From: Nitrospinaceae bacterium
GTDB lineage: Bacteria > Nitrospinota > Nitrospinia > Nitrospinales > Nitrospinaceae
DNA length: 64,000 bases
Assembly (NCBI GenBank): GCA_965237905.1
Contig: OZ250172.1
Span: forward strand, 1,152,001-1,216,000
Direction of reading: 5' to 3'
In this document: piece after piece, positions 18,959 through 28,896 of the stretch
Layout of the letters: the number at the start of each line of letters is the position of its first letter
Numbering within the stretch: the stretch's first letter is position 1
Notes under the pieces: generated by a model
Databases searched by the model: none
What the model saw: the letters and a program-made list of their open reading frames with translations, nothing else
Told to the model about the DNA's origin: nothing
Made by a program: the position numbers and the translations under genes

Positions 18959-20374
18959 ATGTTTGAATTCAACCGGGACCAACAAGCGATTCTGCATTTG
19001 ACGTGGATCGCTTTCTTCCTGACCTTTGTGTCCTGGTTCAACATGGCACCGTTCAACACCACCTTGCAGGCGGTGGCAGGGTTGACCTCCGACCAAATCA
19101 AACTCTTGATGATCTGCAACGTGGCGCTGACCATCCCAGCGCGCATCGTGATCGGTTCCTTGGTCGACCGTTACGGTCCCAAGCAAGTCTTCACCGGCCT
19201 TCTGGTGTTTACGGGCGCCGTCTCCCTCTATTTTTCACTCGCGACCAGCTTCGGAGAATTTTTGGTCTCCCGTCTGCTCATGGGGTGCGCCGGGGCCGGG
19301 TTCGTTGTCGGCATTAAAATGATCGCCGAATGGTTTCCCCCGGACCGCATGGGCACCGCTCAGGGCATCTATGCCGGTTGGGGCAATTTCGGAGCCGCTG
19401 CGGCGTTGTTTGCTCTGCCACCGATCGCGGCCCTGTTTTCGCAGGAGTTGGGATGGCGTGTGGCGGCGGCTTTCTCCGGCCTCCTGTGCCTGGTGTGGGC
19501 TGGAGTGTATCACCGCTGGGCAAGAGAGGTACCGGGACGCGCCAAAGAGTTCCCTGTCGGCTTGGAAAACACCATCGAAGTCACTTCAAAAAGAGATCTG
19601 GTTCTGCAAATCCTCTTAATGATCCCCCTGTATACGGCTATCGGTTTGCTGATCTGGAAACTGGCGTCTTCCCCCGCTTTTCCGGGAGGAATCTGGATGG
19701 AAACCTTTCTGTGGGCCGTGATCGTTGGATTGTTCATTTTAAACGCGCTTCGCTGCATAAAGGTCAATTTACCCCGCATCACCAACGGTATTCCCGAAGA
19801 CAAAAATTATGCGTTCAGCCAGATCGCCATCCTCAGTCTCGTGTATGCGCTCACCTTCGGTTCAGAGCTGGCGGTGGTCTCCATGTTTCCGCAGTTCCTG
19901 GAGAACACGTTCCAACTGACAGTCACCACGGCGGGTATTCTGGGGTCGTGTGTGGCCTTTTTCAATCTGGTCACGCGTCCCAGCGGCGGATGGCTATCCG
20001 ACAAGCTGGGAAGGCGCCGGGTTCTGTTCATTCTGGTGCTGGGAGCGGCCATCGGATATGGGTTCATGGGAGAGATCAACCCGCAATGGCCGCTAGGGAG
20101 GGTAATCGGTCTAGCGGTGTTTTGCTCGTTAATGGTCCAGGCCGGCAACGGCGCCTGCTTTGCCCTGGTGCCGCTGATCCGCAAAGACCTCACCGGCAAG
20201 CTGGCCGGAGTAGTGGGGGCCTATGGCAACGTCGGCGCAGTGTTTTTTCTGACTCTGTTCAGCGTGGTGGAGCCCACTACTTTTTTTCAATGCCTCGGCG
20301 TTTACGCCTTTCTGGTATTATTGTCCCTGCTGTTTCTGCAATCCTTTAAAAACCTCCACAACTCCTATCATTGA
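18959..20374 (+). CDS. narK: NarK/NasA-family nitrate/nitrite MFS transporter
   Basis: IPARI, GAGFVVGI, nitrate signature AGWGNFG, FGSELAVVSM, RPSGGWLSD, GAYGNVG. Confidence 0.9.
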   Translation: MFEFNRDQQAILHLTWIAFFLTFVSWFNMAPFNTTLQAVAGLTSDQIKLLMICNVALTIPARIVIGSLVDRYGPKQVFTGLLVFTGAVSLYFSLATSFGEFLVSRLLMGCAGAGFVVGIKMIAEWFPPDRMGTAQGIYAGWGNFGAAAALFALPPIAALFSQELGWRVAAAFSGLLCLVWAGVYHRWAREVPGRAKEFPVGLENTIEVTSKRDLVLQILLMIPLYTAIGLLIWKLASSPAFPGGIWMETFLWAVIVGLFILNALRCIKVNLPRITNGIPEDKNYAFSQIAILSLVYALTFGSELAVVSMFPQFLENTFQLTVTTAGILGSCVAFFNLVTRPSGGWLSDKLGRRRVLFILVLGAAIGYGFMGEINPQWPLGRVIGLAVFCSLMVQAGNGACFALVPLIRKDLTGKLAGVVGAYGNVGAVFFLTLFSVVEPTTFFQCLGVYAFLVLLSLLFLQSFKNLHNSYH

Positions 20375-20395
20375 TTCAATAGAGAAAGGAACTTC

Positions 20396-21493
20396 ATGGG
20401 TTTCACCTGCGGCCTCGTCGGCCTGCCCAATGTCGGCAAAACGGTTATCTTCAACGCCTTGACCCGTTCCAAGGCGGAATCCTCCAACTACGCGTTCAGC
20501 ACCAGCAAACCGAATATCGGGATAGTGGATGTGCCGGACCTGCGCCTCGATGCCATCGACCAACTGGTGCCGGCGAAGAAAAAAGTGCCCACCACCATGC
20601 AGTTCGTGGACATCGCGGGACTGGTCAAAGGCGCATCACGCGGCGAAGGGCTGGGCAACCAGTTCCTGGGCAACATCCGCGAGATGGAAGCCATCGCCCA
20701 CGTGGTGCGCTGTTTCGAGGATGACAACATCCCGCACGTGCACGATAAAATCGACCCGGCGTCGGATATCGACGAGATCAATACCGAGCTGATGATCGCC
20801 GATCTCGAAACCCTGGAGAAACGTAAACTGAAACTGGATAAGCTGGCGAGAAGCGGCGACAAGGACGCGCGCATGCAAATCGGTGTTATCGTCCGCCTGA
20901 TGGAAGCGTTCGACGACAACCAGCCCGCGCGATCGGTGGAGTTTCAAAATCCCGGCGAACAAACCTTCGTCAAAACCCTCAACCTGCTCACCGTGAAACC
21001 CGTGCTCTACGTCTGCAACGTGGCCGATCCGTCGGAAATGGACGGACCACTGGTCCAAAAGGTCAAGCAGGTAGCCGAGGCGGAGGGGACCGAGATGGTC
21101 GCGCTGGCGGGTCAACTGGAAAACGAATTGCTGGAGATCGAGGACCCGGACGAGCTCAAGGAATTTTTAGATGAAATGCAACTGGAGGAACCCGGCTTCG
21201 ACCGCATGATCCATGCCGGATACCGCCTGTTGGGACTGGAAACCTACTTCACGGTCGGCGAACAGGAAAACCGCGCGTGGACCATCCACAAAAACACCAA
21301 GGCTCCGCAGGCGGCGGGCAAGATTCATTCGGATTTCGAAAAGGGATTCATCAAGGCAGTGGTGTACCACTACGACGATCTGGTGCAGTACCAATCCGAA
21401 CACGCTGTGAAAGAGGCGGGTAAACTGCGACTGGAGGGCAAGGAGTACGTGGTGAAAGACGGCGACATAATGCACTTCCGCTTCAACGTGTGA
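20396..21493 (+). CDS. ychF: Redox-regulated ATPase YchF
   Basis: GLPNVGK, DIAGLVKGASRGEGLGNQFL, GKIHSDFEKGFI, YVVKDGD. Confidence 0.97.
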   Translation: MGFTCGLVGLPNVGKTVIFNALTRSKAESSNYAFSTSKPNIGIVDVPDLRLDAIDQLVPAKKKVPTTMQFVDIAGLVKGASRGEGLGNQFLGNIREMEAIAHVVRCFEDDNIPHVHDKIDPASDIDEINTELMIADLETLEKRKLKLDKLARSGDKDARMQIGVIVRLMEAFDDNQPARSVEFQNPGEQTFVKTLNLLTVKPVLYVCNVADPSEMDGPLVQKVKQVAEAEGTEMVALAGQLENELLEIEDPDELKEFLDEMQLEEPGFDRMIHAGYRLLGLETYFTVGEQENRAWTIHKNTKAPQAAGKIHSDFEKGFIKAVVYHYDDLVQYQSEHAVKEAGKLRLEGKEYVVKDGDIMHFRFNV

Positions 21494-22352
21494 CCGGCTG
21501 GCCGTAGGTCCGGCGTTCGTAGATTTTCCAGATGCGGATGGCCTGGACGCGTTCCAGCTCGGTGCCGCCGTTGTAGATGGCCGTCAGGTCTTCGTTGGTC
21601 AAAGCCATCAACGCGACCGACATCACGTCGGTCACCGTTTCCGGACCGTAATGCACGAGGCCCTCATGCGCGTCGGGCCACCAGGGTTCCAGCGTGATCT
21701 TGGGGATGTTCAGTTTGCGCCGGTCATCCATGTATTTGATGATCGTGGGCACGGCTTCTTTTCCCAGAGCAATCACCGCTTCGTAAACCGCCTGCGCCGT
21801 GCCGGGATCGGTTCGCTTGTCCACCATGAGCTCCACCAGGCTCTGCACTTCCGACTCCTTCGGCAGAACGTGCGCGGCGGCATAGCTGTCGCTTGCCTGA
21901 ATTAGTTTTTCCTGAGTTGAAACTTCTTTACGGATGCGGGCGGACAACGCTTCACTTGCGGACTGCATCGCCTCGGGTACATACGCCGCTAGGTAATATT
22001 TTTCTTTCACGTTCTGGAGAAATACGATGGCGGACTTGCCGTTCAGCGGAACAATTTTTTGCCGGGAAACGCCTCCGTATTGCTCGGTATCCGTGTAATA
22101 ACGGAAATCAAACTGCTGTGAATCAGGCTTTCCCTTGAGTGCGGTTTTGACAGCCACCTTCACGATAACGAATTCATGCTCGCCAGTTTGCTCCGCTTTT
22201 CGGATGGCGGCGACCGGCACTTCCATCGTGCCTTCCACAATCAGATAACTCTTGGCCACCAACTGCCAGAACGGATATTCCTTTTCCGCCTGACTGATAT
22301 CCGGCCACAAGAGGGTTAGAACAATAAAAATAGTTTTTAGATCAGTTTTCAT
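21483..22352 (-). CDS. Hypothetical exported protein
   Basis: 289-aa ORF with an N-terminal signal-like segment (SQA|E). No family recognised. Confidence 0.65.
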   Translation of the reverse strand: MKTDLKTIFIVLTLLWPDISQAEKEYPFWQLVAKSYLIVEGTMEVPVAAIRKAEQTGEHEFVIVKVAVKTALKGKPDSQQFDFRYYTDTEQYGGVSRQKIVPLNGKSAIVFLQNVKEKYYLAAYVPEAMQSASEALSARIRKEVSTQEKLIQASDSYAAAHVLPKESEVQSLVELMVDKRTDPGTAQAVYEAVIALGKEAVPTIIKYMDDRRKLNIPKITLEPWWPDAHEGLVHYGPETVTDVMSVALMALTNEDLTAIYNGGTELERVQAIRIWKIYERRTYGQPVTR

Positions 22353-22427
22353 AATTTAAAGATACCTGAGGATGCGAATACAACGATTCAACCGCGCCAT
22401 TCCACCTGAGCCATGCCGGGTCAAGCG

Positions 22428-23390
22428 TCACGCTTGCCAGCCGGGGATGAGGGTCCGGGGGGTTTTGCCGTCCAATGCGTCGAACACGTTGTCGACCACC
22501 AACAGAGCCATGGTATCGCGGGTGGCCACCGAAGCGCTACCGATATGTGGGAGCAAGATGAGGTTGTCCAGATCGGTCAATTCCGGTTCGTTTTCGAACA
22601 CGTCGAGCACCGCTCCCGCAATTTGTTTCTGCTTCAGCGCTTCCACCAATGCCCGGTCATCGACCACCTTGCCCCGCGCTGAGTGAATGAGATAGGCCGT
22701 CGGCTTCATCATCGCCAGTTGATCCTCTCCGATCATGTACTTTGTCTCATAGGTCAACGGCACGTGCAGGGTGACGAAATCGGATTCCTTCAACAAGGTA
22801 TCGAGAGAAACGAAGCGGGCGTTAAGCTTTTTTTCTTCCGCCGACGGCAGGCGTTTTCTTTGATGATACAGCACGCGCATATCGAATCCGAGGGCCCGCC
22901 GCGCTACCGCTTTGCCGATCTCTCCGCATCCGATCACGCCCAGGGTTTTGCCGTACACATCGCCGCCCAAAAACATATCGGCCTGCCAGCCGTGAAATTT
23001 TCCCTCACGGGCGAAGCGATCCGACTCGACAATACGCCGCGCGATACCCAGTATCATGGCCCAGGTGAGATCGGCGGTGGTCTCGTGCAGAACGCCGGGG
23101 GTATTGCTCACCCAGATGTTTTTCTTTTGGGCATGGGCGACATCGATATTGTTAAAACCGGCCCCGTAATTGGCGATAATTTTCAGATGTTCACCACCCG
23201 CGTCGATGACAGCGGCATTGATCTTATCGGTCAGATAACTGATGAGAGCCTGGCTTTTCCCGGCACGGTCGATCAGGTCGGTGGCACTCAGGGAATTTCC
23301 CGAATCGTTGTAAAGCACCTCGGCGCGGCTCCGCAACTTTTCAAGGGCCACTTCCGGGAAAATATGGGTCACGGTTACGGTCGGTTTCAT
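22428..23390 (-). CDS. D-2-hydroxyacid dehydrogenase (glyoxylate/hydroxypyruvate reductase type)
   Basis: NTPGVL, GCGEIG, LHVPL, ARG, LDVFENEP, PHIGSA. Confidence 0.92.
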   Translation of the reverse strand: MKPTVTVTHIFPEVALEKLRSRAEVLYNDSGNSLSATDLIDRAGKSQALISYLTDKINAAVIDAGGEHLKIIANYGAGFNNIDVAHAQKKNIWVSNTPGVLHETTADLTWAMILGIARRIVESDRFAREGKFHGWQADMFLGGDVYGKTLGVIGCGEIGKAVARRALGFDMRVLYHQRKRLPSAEEKKLNARFVSLDTLLKESDFVTLHVPLTYETKYMIGEDQLAMMKPTAYLIHSARGKVVDDRALVEALKQKQIAGAVLDVFENEPELTDLDNLILLPHIGSASVATRDTMALLVVDNVFDALDGKTPRTLIPGWQA

Positions 23391-23582
23391 TTCAACTCAC
23401 TTTCTACAATCAGGGTCATTCGTCAGGCATTATCGCAACAAAAGGCCACATGATAAATAAATTCCCCTTTCAGTTCCACCCGAATCGCTTGCAAACGGTT
23501 TAAATTGCTGAAATCAAGCCAACAGCGGCTGGGCCGCCCATTTGAGGGTGACCCTCCGGCGCCATTGGTGTAAAATTTGATT

Positions 23583-24221
23583 ATGTTGACCGTCAACGAA
23601 ATTTTCAAGAGTATCCAGGGCGAATCCTCCTTTACCGGACTGCCCTGCATTTTCATCCGCCTGACCGGGTGCAACCTCCGCTGTACCTGGTGCGACACAG
23701 AATACGCGTTTTACGAGGGCAAACCGAAGTCCGTGGAAAAAATTATGGATGCCATCGATCCGCTCGGCGTTCCGCTGGTGGAAATCACCGGCGGCGAACC
23801 GCTCCTGCAGGACGAGGTGTACGATCTCATGAACGCCCTGCTCGAAAAAAATTACCAGGTTCTGGTGGAAACCGGCGGCGGGGTTTCAGTGGCAAAGGTC
23901 CCGGAGCGGGTGATCAAGATTCTGGACATCAAATGCCCCGGCAGTGGCGAAGCTACGAAGAATCTATGGGATAACCTGGATCACCTCAACCCGCACGACG
24001 AGGTGAAGTTTGTGCTGGCGGATCGCACCGACTACGAGTGGAGCAAGGAAATTCTGGAGCGCACCAACATTTACAAAAAAGTCCAGGTGCTTTTTTCACC
24101 GGTTTATGACAGACTCGGCCTCAAGGAGCTGGCGGCGTGGGTGTTGGAAGACAACCTGCCAGTACGGGTGCAGACCCAGCTCCACAAAGTCATCTGGGGA
24201 AAAGACGCCATCGGCGTATAA
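23583..24221 (+). CDS. queE: 7-carboxy-7-deazaguanine synthase (radical SAM)
   Basis: SIQGE, GCNLRCTWCDT, TGGEP, QTQLHK. Confidence 0.94.
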   Translation: MLTVNEIFKSIQGESSFTGLPCIFIRLTGCNLRCTWCDTEYAFYEGKPKSVEKIMDAIDPLGVPLVEITGGEPLLQDEVYDLMNALLEKNYQVLVETGGGVSVAKVPERVIKILDIKCPGSGEATKNLWDNLDHLNPHDEVKFVLADRTDYEWSKEILERTNIYKKVQVLFSPVYDRLGLKELAAWVLEDNLPVRVQTQLHKVIWGKDAIGV

Positions 24222-24255
24222 TTCATTCCCACTGTTCAACCCTCCGCTTTGAAAC

Positions 24256-25344
24256 ATGAAACCAACCGCGATAAAACGGAACATACAAAAGGCCCTGCTC
24301 GGCTGGTTCGACACCGAGCAACGCGATATGCCGTGGCGGCGGACCGGTGACCCGTATCCGATCTGGGTGTCCGAAATCATGCTCCAGCAAACGCAGGTGA
24401 AAACCGTTATCCCCTATTTCGAGCGCTGGATGAAAAATTTTCCGACCCTGCAGAAACTGGCCCGCTCGCGGGAGGAAACCGTCCTCAAGCATTGGGAGGG
24501 CCTTGGATATTATTCACGCGCCCGCAACCTGCACCGCGCCGCCAAAATCGTCGTGAAAGAATATAAAGGCAGGGTGCCGGATACTCACGATACACTCATC
24601 CAACTTCCCGGTATCGGGCGCTACACGGCGGGAGCGATTTTAAGTATCGCGTTCGATCAACCGGTACCGGTGCTGGACGGCAACGTGAAGCGGGTGCTGT
24701 CGCGCCTGTTCGTCATGCAGGGCAACGGTGTGCCATCAGCCCATGAAAACCGGCTGTGGCAAACCTCGGCGGAACTGGTACCTGCCCAACGGCCGGGCGA
24801 TTTCAATCAGGCGATGATGGAGCTAGGGGCAACGGTCTGCCTGCCCAAAAAACCGCTCTGCCTGGTGTGCCCTTTACAAAGGCAATGCGAAGCTCAACAA
24901 CGGGGGGAGGTGGACCAATTTCCCGCGCCCAAGGCCCGCGCCCGCACCCAAAAAATTGAAGTGAGCGCGGCGGTCATCACACGCGGTGGAAAAGTCTATA
25001 TCCAGCAACGGCTCCACGGCGGGTTGATGGGCGGCCTCTGGGAGTTTCCCGGCGGCAAACGCAAACCGGATGAAACGGAAGAAGCTTGTCTCAAGCGTGA
25101 GATTAAAGAAGAGCTGGGCGTTCCTATAACCATCTCGAAGAAACTGATGACCATCAAGCACAGCTACACGCAGTTTCGGGTTACGCTCAACGTGTTCTGG
25201 TGCCCCTGGAAATCGGGACGCATCCGCGCCACCCAGTGCGAACAGTGGAAATGGGTTAAATACGAAGATTTAAAAAACTACACCTTTCCGGCCGCCAATG
25301 CGAAGATCGTAAAAAGTCTGGTGAGCAACGGTGAAAAATTCTGA
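24256..25344 (+). CDS. mutY: A/G-specific adenine glycosylase MutY with full Nudix (MutT-like) C-terminal domain
   Basis: WVSEIMLQQT, GLGYYSRA, HhH LPGIGRYTA, Fe-S motif C-x6-C-x2-C-x5-C, and a complete Nudix box. Confidence 0.95.
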   Translation: MKPTAIKRNIQKALLGWFDTEQRDMPWRRTGDPYPIWVSEIMLQQTQVKTVIPYFERWMKNFPTLQKLARSREETVLKHWEGLGYYSRARNLHRAAKIVVKEYKGRVPDTHDTLIQLPGIGRYTAGAILSIAFDQPVPVLDGNVKRVLSRLFVMQGNGVPSAHENRLWQTSAELVPAQRPGDFNQAMMELGATVCLPKKPLCLVCPLQRQCEAQQRGEVDQFPAPKARARTQKIEVSAAVITRGGKVYIQQRLHGGLMGGLWEFPGGKRKPDETEEACLKREIKEELGVPITISKKLMTIKHSYTQFRVTLNVFWCPWKSGRIRATQCEQWKWVKYEDLKNYTFPAANAKIVKSLVSNGEKF

Positions 25345-25366
25345 CGGAGCCTGGTAAAGCCAACTG

Positions 25367-26509
25367 ATGCTGAATGATCTGAAAAAAAATCCGGGAGTGC
25401 GAATCATTGTGATCGGAGCATTGGCCAATCTTTTGCTGGCCGCGCTGAAGATCGCCGGGGGGATCTTCGGCAAAAGTACCGCCATGCTCGCTGACGGCAT
25501 TCATTCCCTGTCTGATTTGCTGACCGACGTGGTAGTGCTGTTCACGCACAAGATCGGCCAACTCCCGGCGGACGAAAATCATCCTTACGGCCACGGTCGC
25601 GCGGAAACGATCGGCGCCACCCTTGTGGGTGCGGTGATCATTGTCGCGGGGTTCGGTTTGGCTTACCAATCCTGGGGAATTATTACCTCCGGTACGTTCC
25701 AGACTCCTCTTATCCCGGCGGCGTTGGCGGCGTTGGTTTCCATCGTAATCAAAGAAGTTCTGTTTCGCTATACACGCTCGGTGGGAGAAGCAACCAACAG
25801 CCCGTCGCTCGTTGCAAACGCCTGGCACCACCGCTCGGACGCCATTTCCTCTCTCGCCGCACTGATCGGTATAGGCGGGGCGATGGCAGGGTACCCCATT
25901 ATGGACCCGATTGCGGCCATTATCGTATCGGTGATGATTGCGAAAGTGGGTTATAACATCGCATTCAAGGGATTGAGCGATCTCATGGACACGGCCTTGA
26001 GTGAAGAGGAGACCCGCCGTATCGCAACGATGATCAATGGTTTGCCCGGGGTAATCCAAACGCACAATTTAAGAACACGGCAGATCGGCGGCGATGTGCT
26101 CATGGACGTTCATATTCTGGTCGACCATGAAGCATCCGTCACCGAAGGGCATCATATTGCGGAAGGTGTACGGCGCGAATTGATCCGCGCGATGGATAAT
26201 GTTCAAGATGTTCTCGTTCATGTCGACACCGAAGATGACGCCGCGTTTGAATCCATTTACTGGGCCAACCGAAACTATCTGGAGAAACAAGTGGACCCGA
26301 TGATTGCCTCGATGAAAGATATTCAGCGACGAACTCATCTTCGGGCTCATCACCATGGCGGCAAAACCACGCTGGAAGTGTTTATCAAAATGAAAGAAGG
26401 GCTCGACCCTGATGAGGCCAATTCCGTCATGAAGGAACTGAAGGAACATCTTCAAACCATCGAGCATGTGCATGAAGTCCGGGTGTTCATTGACACCAAT
26501 TCCAGTTAA
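25367..26509 (+). CDS. Cation diffusion facilitator (FieF-like) with an extra C-terminal domain
   Basis: ADGIHSLSD, HPYGHGRAE, NAWHHRSD, TEGHHIA, VLVHVD. Confidence 0.92.
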   Translation: MLNDLKKNPGVRIIVIGALANLLLAALKIAGGIFGKSTAMLADGIHSLSDLLTDVVVLFTHKIGQLPADENHPYGHGRAETIGATLVGAVIIVAGFGLAYQSWGIITSGTFQTPLIPAALAALVSIVIKEVLFRYTRSVGEATNSPSLVANAWHHRSDAISSLAALIGIGGAMAGYPIMDPIAAIIVSVMIAKVGYNIAFKGLSDLMDTALSEEETRRIATMINGLPGVIQTHNLRTRQIGGDVLMDVHILVDHEASVTEGHHIAEGVRRELIRAMDNVQDVLVHVDTEDDAAFESIYWANRNYLEKQVDPMIASMKDIQRRTHLRAHHHGGKTTLEVFIKMKEGLDPDEANSVMKELKEHLQTIEHVHEVRVFIDTNSS

Positions 26510-26535
26510 ACTCACAAAAGAAAGGAGCCGTATTC

Positions 26536-26850
26536 ATGCCGGTATGCATGACAGCGCGTTATCAGGTCCCGCCGGAAATGGTAGAAGATTGCAAACGCAC
26601 CGTTGAGGACTTTGTCAAATACATACGGATCAACGAGCCGACTACGTTGTTCTACATGGCGAATCAGGAGATGGGGCATCCCACCCAATTTTTGCACACG
26701 ATGATATTCGAAAACGAAGAAGCCGTCGCCATCCACCAGAAATCCCCCGCCACCAAGCGATTTGTGGACATGATCTATCCCGCCGCGATCGAGCCTTTGG
26801 AGTTCAATCAATACTATATTCTGGGATTTAAAAGCAAATACGAGGGGTGA
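26536..26850 (+). CDS. ABM/putative quinol monooxygenase-domain protein
   Basis: NEPTTLFY...F...H.KSPA pattern of the dimeric alpha-beta barrel family. GGAG RBS. Confidence 0.65.
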   Translation: MPVCMTARYQVPPEMVEDCKRTVEDFVKYIRINEPTTLFYMANQEMGHPTQFLHTMIFENEEAVAIHQKSPATKRFVDMIYPAAIEPLEFNQYYILGFKSKYEG

Positions 26851-26871
26851 GCCTTCAGGAGTAATGGAGAA

Positions 26872-27972
26872 TTACTTTTTGACTTTCAATTCTTTGAGCT
26901 CGTCTCCGGACCATTTGATGGAAAGTCGGCTCCGGCCCTTGTACGCTTTTTTCTGGAAAGCGGACCCGAACACGAGAGGCAACGAAACGCTGGGCTCGAC
27001 AAAAGCCATACTGAAGTTGGCTTCTTTGTTGACCTTGCCCCAGGACTGGGCCTCGGCCAGAGTACTGCCGCTGAGCCCACCCCAATGCGGTGCGTCGGTG
27101 GTCATCTGTATCGCATATTTGTGGCCGCCGGTATTCTTTCCGAAGATATAACTCATGACAATCGAATCGTTGATATAATTTTTCGGAACGCCGCCTGCCA
27201 CGTAAAACGCCGCCGTTCTTTTGGATTTCACCACCAACTGAGTGATCTCATAATTGTCGCGAATGGAATCGATGGTGATCGGTTGCCGTCCTGCTTTCTT
27301 AGCGTCGACATAATGTTCGGTCAGACCAATACCGATACTGGAATCGTTGAGTGCCGGACAAAAAATGGGCACGCCTTTTTTACGGGCGGCGACCAGAATC
27401 GAATCTTTGTCATCGATTACTTTGGAGAGAAGAGAGATAAATTCGCGGCTGGAATATTTGCGCGCAGGCAGGCTGTCGGCAAACTGGCCGATCAAAGAAT
27501 CGAATTGCGCGAACTTTTCCTCATCGACATAGGTGTCATAGATACGGTTGATCAACAGTTCCCGCAACCGGGTGTCATCGGCCTCTGGACTGCCGTAATA
27601 ATGTCCGGCGCCCATGGCCGCGTAAAAATCCTGATACAGGATCGCACCGGTGGAAACCACGACATCCACCATATTGTAATGAATGAGATCCCGAATGACT
27701 TTTCGCAGGCCAGCGGCAATCAGCGGTCCCGCCAACCCCAACATGATCATCGGGCGCTCTTTGTCCTTGAGCATCTTTTGAAAAATATTGGCGCATTGGC
27801 CCACATTGCGGGCCTGGATCGAAGTATTCTGATAGGCCTCTACCAGGTCGGCCACATTTTTTATTTTTTCGAAATCAATCTGATTGATTCGGGTCTTGAG
27901 GAGGGATTTTTTCTTATTTCTATCTTGTGGGCTTAAGGGATGAAGGTTTTTTATGTAATCTTCGTAGGCCAT
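26872..27972 (-). CDS. Deoxyhypusine synthase-family protein
   Basis: STGA, RIYDT, PALNDSSIG, GGVPKN, GGLSGSTLAEAQSWGK (catalytic Lys retained). Confidence 0.92.
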   Translation of the reverse strand: MAYEDYIKNLHPLSPQDRNKKKSLLKTRINQIDFEKIKNVADLVEAYQNTSIQARNVGQCANIFQKMLKDKERPMIMLGLAGPLIAAGLRKVIRDLIHYNMVDVVVSTGAILYQDFYAAMGAGHYYGSPEADDTRLRELLINRIYDTYVDEEKFAQFDSLIGQFADSLPARKYSSREFISLLSKVIDDKDSILVAARKKGVPIFCPALNDSSIGIGLTEHYVDAKKAGRQPITIDSIRDNYEITQLVVKSKRTAAFYVAGGVPKNYINDSIVMSYIFGKNTGGHKYAIQMTTDAPHWGGLSGSTLAEAQSWGKVNKEANFSMAFVEPSVSLPLVFGSAFQKKAYKGRSRLSIKWSGDELKELKVKK

Positions 27973-28086
27973 CGTTTCTCTGGGCTTGAAGGAATAAAGC
28001 AGGAATAATAGCGTGCCTCCCCCCTCAGGTCAAGCACTCGAAACAAAAGCCTTCCACTCAAGAACCTGGAATCCCAAGAATGGCCT

Positions 28087-28524
28087 TTAGAGCCGGGAAC
28101 ACAGGTCTTTGGAATGCATCGAGGTATCCACCTTGTCAATGGCTTCCTGAATTACTCCTTGTTCATCGATCACATAACTGATGCGGGAGGCATAGGCGTC
28201 GTCTTTGCTTTGAATGGCGTGATAGGCCATCGCGATTTCCCGCCCGACGTCACACAGCAAAGGATAGGGAAAGTTGAACTTTTCCGCAAATGCTTTATTT
28301 TCCGCCTCGCTGTCCAGGCTGACTCCCAGAACCACGGCACCCTTTTCCTGAAACTTCTCGTAATCGTCGCGAAATCCTTTGCCCTCCATGGTGCACCCGG
28401 GGGTATCGGCTTTCGGGTAAAACCAGAGGATCACTTTCTTTCCTCTCAAATCCTTCAACGTAACCCGGTTTCCATTGTGGTCATTGACCAGAAAATCGGG
28501 CGCTTCGCTACCTACTTTCAGCAT
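28087..28524 (-). CDS. bcp: Peroxiredoxin BCP/PrxQ type
   Basis: FYPKADTPGCT (Cys = TGC), GVSLD, FPYPLLCD. ATG at 28524. Confidence 0.9.
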   Translation of the reverse strand: MLKVGSEAPDFLVNDHNGNRVTLKDLRGKKVILWFYPKADTPGCTMEGKGFRDDYEKFQEKGAVVLGVSLDSEAENKAFAEKFNFPYPLLCDVGREIAMAYHAIQSKDDAYASRISYVIDEQGVIQEAIDKVDTSMHSKDLCSRL

Positions 28525-28638
28525 AACTGTTCTCCTTCCAAGTAATTGGCGGATCAGGGATTTCAAAACAAATTTTATGAGGGGCCAGCGAATCACAGTA
28601 ATTAGATGCAGAGAACAATGGGAAGGAGTAAATTTTTT

Positions 28639-28896
28639 TCAGGAAGACGGGGATTCCGGGCCGTCTTTTTTGCCGGATGATTGAGAGTGATCTTTCACGC
28701 CTCGGCCGAGAAAAGAGGTCAGATCGATTCCATAATACCGGAACGCTGCCAGGATAATGGCTACAGCCGCGGCTTCGTCCAGATTGCCGATGATGGGGAA
28801 ATTATCCGGGATGAGTTCAAATACACCCGCACCGGGATTTAGCAGATACACCAGGCTGAGCAGACCGGCCACAGCGACCAAAAGATTCTTAATCAT
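28639..28896 (-). CDS. DUF1232/YkvA-family small membrane protein
   Basis: YLLNP...ELIPDNFPIIGNLDE motif. Confidence 0.85.
   Translation of the reverse strand: MIKNLLVAVAGLLSLVYLLNPGAGVFELIPDNFPIIGNLDEAAAVAIILAAFRYYGIDLTSFLGRGVKDHSQSSGKKDGPESPSS

Noticed and set aside
19330..20349. 339-aa overlapping ORF inside narK, and other long shadow ORFs such as 47201-48187, 58569-59693 and 3199-4017
   Set aside because: Alternative-frame or antisense ORFs of well-supported genes in GC-rich DNA, with no recognisable motifs.
10962..24221. queC/queE as part of a 7-deazaguanine DNA-modification (dpd) island
   Set aside because: The genes are 12 kb apart among housekeeping genes with no dpdA/tgt paralog, which is consistent with ordinary queuosine synthesis.
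28380..28410. Selenocysteine in the BCP peroxiredoxin
   Set aside because: The peroxidatic codon is TGC (Cys), not TGA.
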